The notes below the pieces were generated by a model. The model was not told where the DNA came from, ran no database searches, and worked only from the letters and a program-made list of their open reading frames with translations. From Ramazzottius varieornatus (lineage: Eukaryota > Animalia > Tardigrada), in the NCBI GenBank assembly GCA_001949185.1, contig BDGG01000003.1:1885823-1913493 (forward strand): a stretch of DNA of 27,671 nucleotides. Direction: 5' to 3'. Positions 11,884 through 22,000 of the stretch are shown here, piece by piece. Position numbers and translations under genes: made by a program. How positions within the stretch are numbered: position 1 is the first letter of the stretch; the number at the start of each line of letters is the position of its first letter.

Positions 11884-14029
11884 TTACACCATCTTGTCGT
11901 ACATGCCAGGAGAGCTAGGAAAGGAGGCTTGGTAGGTGGCCGGAGCAGTCATCTGTCCGTAGGGTGAGATGGAGCTCTGGCGAGAGACGCTGACGGGAGC
12001 AGGAACTGGGATGAAGCCGCGACCGTTAGAACGTGGACGCTGGTCGACATGACCCGCTTGAAGTTGCACCAGAGACTGCTGTAAAAAGAAAATTTGATGG
12101 TTAGTTTCCAGAAGAACAAGAAAGCTCGACGAACCCGGAAGCTGTATGGTTCTCATTTAGGAGCTCTGTAAACAAGATCAATCTCGAGTGGCGCACCCTT
12201 CCAGCCAGTAACAATGAAAACGTGCGCCACTCGAGAGGACAACCTTGTACGTTCCGTATGCTCAGCCCTGATTTGATTAAAAAAATATGGAATACTTCAC
12301 CAACAAACAAAAACACTGAAAAAAATAACTAGGGTAGCCATAAAATAAAAAGGGAATTACCCCGTATGAAGAAACGCGATCCGCCGACGAAGGTCGTTCT
12401 ATACCGAAGGACTGGTTGGGCGAGCTGTTCACCCCGTATCCTTGCTCGATCATCTGCAACAACGAAATTAAAATAAGTGAAAGAAAAAGAGGACGCCATG
12501 GTTTTCAAAATCAACCACTGACCAAGTCCACCGCTCGTTCTGTTTTTGGTACTCGGTAAACTGGCTATGGGTCCATGGGACTTTGACTTTGTCGTAACCA
12601 AATCAGAAACTTACCTGAGAAGCCAGTTGGTAGAGTTGAGCTTGTGAGCTTTGACTGGGAGTTGGGGGAGAAACGTTGCCGTTATCCTGGATCCATCCAC
12701 CACGAGGAGACTGAGGCTGAGCCGGCATGGGAACGCAGGGAGCCGTCGTGTAGGGATATCCAGCAGGCGCCATGTAGAAAGGATTGGCGTAAGCCCCACC
12801 AGGCTGAAAAACAGAAAAGGAACAAGATGATAACAGCAACAGACACCGAACTCAGCTTCGGGAGGGAGGATTGAGAAACCTACGTTCAACCCAGATGAAA
12901 CGTGATAAATGAACTGGACCGAGTTCTTGTCAAGTGGCGCACATTTGTCGTCAATAACAATGACAACGTGCGCCACTTAGGATTGCCATCTGGTTCATTT
13001 TTTTGGTCCCCGTTCCAAGCCATGATCGAGAAGAAACAGAGGAGGAACTTACCGACATGGGACCTTTCTGTGCCTGAAGCCACGGGTTGGCAGCAGCATA
13101 GAAATAGGAAGCATCCACAGGCATAACGGGAGCGAACATCGGCGGTGCTACGGGATAAAACGAGAATAAAAATCGAGAAACAACAAAAACTTGTCAATTT
13201 TCCGCAGAAAAATCCGAATTCAGAAAACTGATCTCTAACGATACTCACCGATGAGACGACCAGTTGGTGGCTGCTTCCGGAAGGCATTGCCGATGGTGAG
13301 TTTGCGTCCATGGAGCTCCACGTCTTGTGTGATGAACTGCAAGGCCAAAGGAAAACGAATCACAGAGAGATGTCGACAAGACCAATCGACCAAAATGGGG
13401 AAAATGTTTGAGAAAGCCCCCTAAGCAAACTTCACCTCTTTTAGTAGCTTCTGAGCGTTCTCTGGGCTCTCGACGTCGATGAAGGCGTAGCGACGAGGCT
13501 CCCCGGAGCGAGCAGGCTGTCCCCGGTCCGTGATCAGCTTGACTTCCTTCACGGGCATCACCTTCTCGAAGATTTCACGCAGATCCTTTTCCGTAGTCTG
13601 AAACGCAAGAAACTCAGGTTAGACGGTTCCAATAGAGAACAAACTCGAGCAGACATTTGGGGTAAGGCTGGCCCTCGAAAGGAGAGAGGACGGAAGTTCT
13701 AAATGAGGATGCTCACTTTCTCCGCCAAGCCTCCAACGAAGATCTTGTTCTGCAGAGGCGTCGTCCCCCACATCAGACCATCCTCCATCGTTCCACGAGT
13801 CATGACTTGCGTGGCGAAGGGGTAGTAGGCAGCTGGACTTGACGGAGGAGCCACGTATGAACGCTAAGGACAGAAGAAGGAATATCCATAAATTCGCCTT
13901 CAGAACGGGATGGAGTTCCAAACAAGATCTACACCAGCTTTGGGCAATTTCTCATGTTATACAAAACCGGGTGTAAAGACAAGATCAAGGGGAACTTACA
14001 GGACTTGCGTAGGAAGACTCCGATGACAT
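11884..14029 (-). CDS. BOLL: Boule/DAZ-family-like single-RRM RNA-binding protein (divergent), ~332 aa
   Basis: Exons 14029-14000, 13863-13717, 13597-13436, 13336-13249, 13147-13053, 12803-12615, 12453-12361 and 12078-11884 are all phase-consistent. RRM: GTTPLQNKIFVGGLAEKTTEKDLREIFEKVMPVKEVKLITDR...RRYAFIDVESPENAQKLLKE...GRKLTIGNAFRKQ, resembling the Boule signatures IFVGG, VKEVKI..DR and KLNIGPAIRKQ. Pro/Tyr/Gln-rich tail. The start codon could lie further upstream. Confidence 0.68.
12159..12270. mobile_element. Fold-back family copy B, last intron of the boule-like gene
   Basis: Perfect 15-bp inverted repeat TCTCGAGTGGCGCAC (12182-12196) / GTGCGCCACTCGAGA (12222-12236) with a 25-nt spacer; left terminus GGAGCTCTGTAAACAAG. 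Confidence 0.8.
12905..13005. mobile_element. Fold-back family copy C, boule-like intron 12804-13052
   Basis: AAGTGGCGCAC (12932-12942)-N25-GTGCGCCACTT (12968-12978); spacer homologous to copies B and D. Outer limits are approximate. Confidence 0.75.
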
Positions 14030-14392
14030 GGTCGTCGAGAGAAGAGCGTCCAGATGTTCTTTGAAAGCTTCCTGATACCGAGTTCCCGATCCTTCTTCCA
14101 GTTCCCCAAGACTCCTGAACCTAAAGGGAAGAAACACGAACAAGGCAGAACAAAGTGTAACAACTTGAGGAAGAGAGTTTCTCCTGGCGATTCGGAAGAG
14201 TGACTGACCGATCATCGAGGAGTTTTATAACGCGAAGATTTTCCAATGTTGTCGAGACAGGACGTTCCCCTTTGTACGTACGCTCGAAGGGACTTCTTGA
14301 TTGGCTCACGTTACCTCCAGAGGTGGAGTTAGCCAATCGGCCAGCTGGCAACTATATACCGCGTTGGAATGCCTAAACTGAATAGCGTTACC

Positions 14393-15094
14393 TGACGTCA
14401 TCACAGTCAGACGCCTGCCGGTCTAGTCGACGACGAAATCAGCACGCGATTGCACAATGGCGTCACAAACAGAAGTCGGCAACCTTTCTTTGTAGCATTG
14501 ACCGGCGACAAGAGGCGGGCTTTTGAGGTGGTACAAGTGAAGTTTGCGGAATATGGAAGACTCGAATGGAAACTTGGAAAGCGAACTCATTCAGTCTCCT
14601 TTTGTTTGTGGTTCGAATTCGGGATCCGGCTGCAAGTGGGCCATGACGAGATTTTATCAGAAAATTCTCTTTTCTTGAAAGCTTGCTTTTCTGGAGCATC
14701 CGGGAGCTCAGGCCACGCGGAGCCAGACAGAGCAGCAAGGATCGAAATCCTGGCACCACGAAGTCCTTTGCCCAACATCGGCTCTGCTAAATTAATGGAC
14801 ATTTCAAAGAGAAAAAATATAAACATTTCGGCCAACAACTTCTTATCGACGAAAGACATTTAACCGACAGGAACCCACGCAGGCAGACCGTTGGTCAAAT
14901 GACGCAGTCACGTGCTAGACGGTAGAATTCTGTAGCCCGTGAGGGACACGTTGACAAAGTGGGTTGGTGAGATGTTAGTTGTATACGACATGAAGCAGCA
15001 TAAGATGACATAACACGACAATGACATACTCTTGTCTTACTCGTTAGGGGAACACGGGAGAAACGTTTACACGCCTGTGAAGTGCATGACGTCA
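14393..15094. promoter_or_regulatory. Head-to-head intergenic region with two full CRE sites TGACGTCA (14393-14400, 15087-15094)
   Basis: Exact palindromic CRE matches, one toward each of the divergently transcribed boule-like and POLE3-like genes. Confidence 0.35.
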
Positions 15095-15334
15095 GGATTT
15101 GTAAGGACGGGTATGGAGCTCCTCGTCACGATGTCGACCAAAACGTGACGATATGCGCAGAGCGCAACGAAAATTAGTTACCCATCTTTCCTTTGCTCTG
15201 TTCGCGTCTCGGAAATGTTTTCTTCCACTGTGCCGTTCTGAGTCCACTGACTCTACTCACCCTGAATCAGAGATTGTGTTTCTTGTTTCCAGGTTGTATT
15301 TACAGAAGCAAGAAGAAAGCTTTGAAGTTGGAGG

Positions 15335-16428
15335 ATGGAAGCAAAAGAGCCTGTCGAGGAGAACGGCAGTCGGTCCGACAACGCTGAGAGCGACGATGGT
15401 CATCCAGAGAAAGACTCCGAAGGCCACCAGACGTCCGCTCCGAACGTCCAGGACCTCAAGCTGTACAACAACGTAGTGACGAAGATCATGAAAGAAACTG
15501 TGAGTACGGTCGTTTGGATGCAATTGTGACACGGTCGCGAGAAGCTGACAAGTTTGAATGTCGCGGTTCAGACGTCTCAGTATATCTTGTTCTTACCTGC
15601 GCTGTTTGTGGTCTAGCTTCCCGAGGGAGCAGAAGTTTCCCCACAAGCCCAAGAAGTAATGAGGAGGCTGCCCACAATCTTTGCGTTATTCCTTACGGAC
15701 CGGTAGGTGCTGTGACGCGTTGTTTCTAACGTCGGAGAGATCTTCAAAAGTTCGAAACTTGCTACAGTATCACTTGTTCGCCGGTGGGTGATGCATCATG
15801 CATGCGCTTGTTTTCCGCAGTGCTCTGGCTGTAACGCATAAGGCGAAACGTCGCACACTTCTTCCGGAAGATGTCGTGGAAGCCCTGGATGCGAACGGGT
15901 TTTCTGCCTACCGCAGCAAAGTTATCCCCATTGTAGAAAGTAAGTTTGCAGTTTGCAGCGAGATTTTTCTGCGAAACTTATTCTGTGCGCTGCTTTCTTA
16001 TGACAGAGAGACGGTCAAATTTCCACAAGCGCGGACCGAAAATAAAGCCAGCTGAATCTTCGAAGCCAGCAAACGAGCAAGCTGTCAGCGAATCACCTTC
16101 GAATGTCAACGGAAACCCAACGAGGGATTCCAACCGTCGTCAAAACGATCAGTTGGAGAAAGATGATCGGAAGAAGGACCAGAACGACGCTACGATAGAA
16201 GAAAAATCATCGTGGAGTGAAGCAGAGGGTACGCAGCACATGGGCGGAGAAAGTACGTCCGGCGAAGACGATGATGAGAACGAGGAAGAGGATGAAGAAA
16301 AGGAGGATGATGAGAATAGCCACCACGCCTCAGTTCCTTCCCGCCCCACGGATTCACCTCCTTCTGATGGAGCAATGGACGGTAGAAGCAAGGAAGACGA
16401 CGAATCTAGCGACTCCACCGAAGATTAG
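15335..16428 (+). CDS. POLE3: NF-YB-type histone-fold protein, POLE3/CHRAC17-like (divergent), 263 aa, with a long acidic tail
   Basis: Exons 15335-15499, 15617-15702, 15821-15939 and 16007-16428 are in frame (792 nt). DLKLYNNVVTKIMKETLPEGAEVS...IFALFLT...KAKRRTLLPEDVVEAL resembles the POLE3 fold ([20 protein letters not shown]...KRKTL...DV); D/E-rich C-terminus. Confidence 0.65.
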
Positions 16429-16717
16429 CGGGGAAATGCCTTTCGTCTTTTTGACTATCTTTTACTACGCTGTGTCTTTCGCACTAAGTCTTCATCTTTC
16501 GAAATTAATTAAAAATATTGGTGGGAAAAATCGGCTTTTATCTTTTATCAATCACTGTACAGTTTCAGAACTGTTTCATACGTGCATACATTGAAAAAAC
16601 ACTTTAGCATCGATTTCCGCACTGTAAAAACAAGCTTCAGGACCGCGCGGTCAGGTGAACTTCCGGCGAGTGTTTTTAGTTGTGAGGAAGGACTACCAGA
16701 GAGATGACTACCGTTAG

Positions 16718-17311
16718 TTAACCTTCTTTCGGAGGGGCCGCTGGTGGTGGTGGTGGAGGAGCTGCTGCTGGTGGAGGAGCTGAAATTTATACAGCTCAGT
16801 GTAAGATACGAATCCTTTTCAAGGTGGCGGACTTCGCAAGAAAGATATTTTTGGGGTTACCGATTAGTTTTTGCAGGAGTATTCCATAAAGGATGCCATC
16901 GAGTTGGCCACCGTTGCCACCATACGCACGTTGTCCGCTTCCATAACTTCGCTTCCCTCGGTCTGGTATTCCATCTACGGCAAAACTGTCTCAAGAGTCA
17001 AGAGCGACCTCCGATAAGTGGCTTCACAGCTCAAAGCTGCAGTGCTTAAAGTGCATCCCTTGCGGTGGTCGCGTGGTCTCATAACATCAATCACTGGTAA
17101 CGAGCGTCACGTGACCACCGCAAGGGATGGATTTTCAGCACTGTGGTATGACCTATGATGTATCTATTGATCCAAGGATGTCCTTACCGTTCCTTTCGCC
17201 CGCGAGCTCCGCGATGAGCTCTTTCGGTATATCGACATGCCCATTATGCGGAAAAGATGCGACTATTATCGAAATGCAGCAGGAAAATGTGAGTAGCATA
17301 GTCCAATTCAT
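16718..17311 (-). CDS. Secreted prepropeptide, paralogue 2, 99 aa
   Basis: Exons 17311-17188, 16974-16861 and 16779-16718, both introns phase 1, GT-AG. Translation: MNWTMLLTFSCCISIIVASFPHNGHVDIPKELIAELAGERNDGIPDRGKRSYGSGQRAYGGNGGQLDGILYGILLQKLIAPPPAAAPPPPPPAAPPKEG. Independently supported by homology and identical exon structure with paralogue 1. Confidence 0.85.
17040..17143. repeat. 104-bp hairpin (inverted repeat) in intron 1 of peptide gene 2
   Basis: CATCCCTTGCGGTGGTCGCGTG (17054-17075) pairs with CACGTGACCACCGCAAGGGATG (17108-17129) with 1 mismatch; pairing extends outward to CAGTGCT/AGCACTG. Confidence 0.85.
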
Positions 17312-17993
17312 GGTGAGTGTCTGGGTGAGAGTCAAAGTGCGGTACGAGGAAAATATCGGGGAATTTCCAAACAAAGAAACTGATGAATGGAAAAAATATT
17401 GTTCTTTGCGCGAAATCTGTTTCTTTTATACGTGTTTTGATCTTATACAGCCTAGCGAACCAGCGCCTTCAGAAGTGGGCTTCCAGAATTGCAGCCCTCG
17501 TCAGCGCTTCTTCCAAAGTAGCCGGTACGTGCCGGATCCTGCTAGTGACCGTCCCTGAAAAGTCAGCTTGTCTACATGCTTGAGATTTTGTTGTCTTGAA
17601 TCAACAACCGACGAGCAGCAACGATCTACTTCTGTACGACATGTAAACAAAGGTGACTGCGTTGCTGCAGTTGTCTATTCCGATTAGAGTTGCGCTTCTG
17701 AAGTGGCACTGAAGTCTTTACCATCACCGGTGTCCATCAACAGACAACAGTTATCGAGTAATAGGCAGAGAATACCATATCTGTGATCATAAGCATGAAA
17801 AATACAACACATACGGGGCATGGGCAAAAAAGAATTCAACGCCATTGTTTTCCTAAGTAACGCACACTTTCAGCGAATACTGTAGCAAAGGACACCTGCG
17901 CCGCTTGAGATGACGATCATGTTCAATTTATTGGCTGACGTCCAAATAGAAATCGCAAAGAATGATGGGAACGAAAAGTCAAATTTACTATCT

Positions 17994-18501
17994 TCACGGC
18001 TTTTTTGTCGTGTCCCCGGCTGGTGCAGCAGCGCCTCCTGATCCTCCTGCAATTTGTATGCGAATTTAGATAAACCGTAACAGACGTTGCTATCTTTATA
18101 GAAGCGTACCGAGAAGGGAACCCAACGTGAGACCCCACAGCATGCCGCGGAATCCACCACCTACGCCGAAACCTCCTCCTCCAAACCCGCCACCACCGCC
18201 GCCACCGCCGCTAATCGGAATGAAGTAACCTCCTCCACCGCTTCGCTTTCCTCTGTCCACTAAGCCATCTATACACAAAAGAACACACCGGAAGTCAAGG
18301 TAAATTCGCTCTTACGCATACAACTCAGTTTGGATTCGATCGCCACTTACCGTTCTTTTCTCCAGCTAATATACTGACCAGCATTTCTCTATGAGAGAGA
18401 TTCTTTGCGGAGAGTAGAGTGACTTTGGAGATTCTGTTCAGCCCAAGAGCGGAAGGGAGCAGGAGGAGAACGCATAACCAGGATCCGAAAGACACAAACA
18501 T
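17994..18501 (-). CDS. Secreted prepropeptide, paralogue 1, 120 aa (Gly-rich)
   Basis: Exons 18501-18351, 18268-18110 and 18046-17994, both introns phase 1. Translation: MFVSFGSWLCVLLLLPSALGLNRISKVTLLSAKNLSHREMLVSILAGEKNDGLVDRGKRSGGGGYFIPISGGGGGGGGFGGGGFGVGGGFRGMLWGLTLGSLLGGSGGAAAPAGDTTKKP. Confidence 0.85.
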
Positions 18502-19037
18502 CTTCACTGTATGAAACGGATTTCCGGGTACTTCGGTTGACTTTACTCGAACCACAGAGACTGCTGTTTTCCTCACAGAACGTTCTGCTTTTATCCTAAT
18601 GGAGTGTTTCCTACAGGCGCCTGAGAGCAACGTTCCACTTGGCTCGTGGTCAACATCAGCCGACTTCCATAACGCCATATTTAGCACGAAGGATTCTGTC
18701 GACGTGGGTCTTCGTGGTGCTGACTCGTGCCAGTAACATCATCTGTTCATTCTAGTTTTTTTCTGCAGATTTGCGGTTGAGTTACGACGACAAGAGCCTC
18801 TCTCGACAACAGATATCAGGTGCCATATCTGGACATCCCGGTAGAAAAACAATCGGTGAGTGTCAGATGTCAAAACTGAAGAGCCATTTCATAACAGTAG
18901 AAGACACTAGCAAATTTCACCTTGAAATTGCAACATGCAAATTCAAGAGTAATTCATTTCCCGCAATTCGTGAATTGAATTTTTCTTCGCAACCTTCCAG
19001 GCTTGATAAGTTACTGACCAACTGCCATCTCGGACGG

Positions 19038-22000
19038 TTATCTTGGTACCGCAGCAGAGGGTGTTCTATTCACCTTCGAGGCCCGGAAGCTCCTGTACGA
19101 ACACTTCCGGTCAGTCTTGAAGAAGCTGTTTTGGCTTCCATCTATATCAGCTTGTTCTAAAATACAGAAAAAGCAATAAAGTTATCCCTCCGCTATTTAC
19201 TTCAGACAAGCCATTCTTACCGCGCAGCTTTTTCTTATAGGCCGCATACTGCTTGGCCACCGCAACCCGCCGGAAGTACACAAGGACGTACAGAATGGCC
19301 AGCACGAGAAGAACGAGAAGCGTGACAACAAACACGGGAATGCTGATGGTGTACGGGTTTGGGTTTGCGCCCCGAAGTCTTATCACAAACTCCAGCTCAA
19401 ACAAACAGTAGGTGTCCAAGGCGGGCAGATCCCTGCAGAACAATATTAGATAACGATCCCCAAGGCATTACTTTCGTGGTTAGCTTGAACTGCTTCGTAG
19501 TGCAGGAACCCACCTGTTCGAAACACGAATCAAGAAGTTAAGGTTCGGTTCTTCGAAGAGATTGACGTGGGGATCTCCGCAGGGTGAGGAAGACTGGCAG
19601 ATGAACTGGATAACGTTATGCTTGTAATCCAGTATCCGGCCGTTTTTGGTGGTCCAGTCCGGATCGTCTGTGGCCGAGACCCAAATCACTTTACCTTTGT
19701 TCGAGCTGCAAATAATGACGTCAAAACTTGATAATCAACGAAGAGTTCAACTGTTCTTTTTTTCGATGCAGACCACGAACCCATCAGCAAAGTCGGTGTT
19801 GTACTGTGGGATGTCGGCTTCGGGGAACCTGGTGATGTTATCGGGATCGCCGACTGAGAACCCGATGACTTCCAGACGGAATGGACCGGTAAAGTTTGTG
19901 CCTTGATTCGTAGCGTAGTCCATTAATCTCAAGTAGATGGGAACATCTGTGTATGTTTACCCGATTTATATCTCATTGAAATGCTTTTTTCCAGGCTTCG
20001 TTAGGTGAACTGTCTTACTTGCAGAGTGATCTATGCACGGCTGTTTGGCTCTCGGGTTGCTACAGTCGAAGAATCCCCTGACCGATTTATCAGCCAGAAG
20101 CTCCCAGTCAAACTGTAACTGGACCGATGGCCGACAGCCAACATACACTGTCATCTCGTAGAGGTCCTGAATAAGGTCAAAAAGATCAATTACGATATCA
20201 AAGTGCACGGGAGTTGAAGAAGCAGAGCGTATAAGATCGTTGTTTTGAGTGGCGCACGTTCTCGTCAATTACAATGAATCGTGCGCCACTTGAGCTAACG
20301 ATCTTGTATACTTTGTTTGCCCAGGTCTCAAATGTTACTGTACAGGAGGAGTAAGCATGTGTGACCCAGTGAGGAAATGTGTGACCCAGTAGTCTCAGAC
20401 GGCATGATATGTATCAAGTATGCATTACGTTAACAGAAACACTTTTTATGTAAGATAGACAACACTGTAATTCGTTNGTCATAGGCNNNNNNNNNNNNNN
20501 NNNNNNNNNNNNNNNNNNNNNNNNNNNNNNNNNNNNCTGCTTTTCTATGGATGCGCCGTCTGAGACTGGGTCACACATTTCCTCACTGGGTCACACATGC
20601 TCACTCCTCCTGTACTCAGTTTAGCTACTCATAGTTTCGTTTCTGTTCGTAGACGGGATTCGTACTTTGTTGGGGAAGCAGTCGATAGGCTGCGGAACCG
20701 TGATGGACAAGACATCAGTGACTAAGGGTCCACCTGGTAAGTCTTGTGGCAGTGAGCCGCTCTCCATCAACGTCACGACGTACTGCACCACGCTAGTTGC
20801 CGGGAAGTACTCCACACTGACATTTCCGGTTAGCAAAGATCCGTTAATCATATGGAAGCCGACTTTGGGGAACCCGGTCAACGAATCCCCTCTGCCAAAC
20901 CCACCTGCGGCACGCGGAAAGAGGTACTTTTATCGCTTAATTTACACGAGAAGATAAAAGACGTTGTTGTCCTACCGGTAACTTCAATGTCGTAGATCGA
21001 CACCGTAATCGACACAACACCGAAACGGTCGACGTAGATTTCGTTGGGGACGTTACTCATAATAACGTTGTCGTCGTGTACTGTCGTGTCTTCGAAATCT
21101 TCTTTGATCAACAGGATACGTCGCGGGTCGGATCTTGCTAGGATCTTCTCAAATTTCTGCAATAAAGAACGAATATAAGCAAGTATAGGCGAACGATTTC
21201 CTGTTTTAATTTGCTTGTTTGAATCATTACCCATTTGTCCGGATAGGGACTGTTGATGAAGTAGCCAGAGACCAACTCGCTTTTTCCCGGTGGCGTGGTC
21301 GTGTAGTTCTGCCCAATGTCCGACATGGCTGTGTCAAAGAGGGACTTGACGATGACCGAGTACACCGTGACCACTTCCGGGTGTTTGAAGTAGTCGTCTT
21401 GCCTCGTTTGGGGCCGCAAGAACCGGAAGTACTGAAGGAAGAAGTAGGCAGGTAAGCGGCGAAGCAACCGAGGAACCCAACACTAAAGTCACGTACTTCG
21501 AGCCGTTCCATGTATTGACGATTGTTCAGTTTTATCGTCATCTGTGGACAAGCATTGGCGTTGCCTTTCAAGGCGGCGGTCTTCTCATCGGTGAAGAGGT
21601 CCATCTTGACGGTATGAACGGCTGGAATCAGCTCTTCATATGGAAACTTGAGCGTTTTAAGATACCGGGAAGTGTTGCCGTGGTAGGCGAACGTCTGTAA
21701 GAGAAGTACTTTGTTCGATATGTTGAATGTGTCGGTTGGAATTCGGGAAAGTAATCTAGATTTGGCATTACTTGTTGTAGATTGCCAAGGCTGTCAAAAA
21801 ACACACCTAGCTCGACACTGCTGTTCCCGCTGTACGTCGTCCATTCACTGATGTCTGACTTGTTGTCGGAGAGGAGGAACTGCGACAGCTCCCATTCGTA
21901 GGTCGGATACAGCCGGTAAATTTCGGGCTGTCCCCATCGCGCTACCCAGATCTAAAATACAACATGGAAGCTCTTTCTCTATCGAGTTCTGACGAAAGAT

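Noticed and set aside
14450-14863. 137-aa plus ORF and overlapping minus ORFs in the boule/POLE3 intergenic region
   Set aside because: Non-ATG start for the longest ORF, no motifs and no consistent exon chain; probably promoter or UTR.
16149-16594. Ser-rich minus ORF and alternative-frame plus ORF
   Set aside because: Frame shadows of the acidic low-complexity POLE3-like tail.
17127-17558. 143-aa plus ORF with CPLC
   Set aside because: It is antisense to exon 1 of peptide gene 2, begins inside the intronic hairpin, and has no second Cys pair in a sensible spacing.
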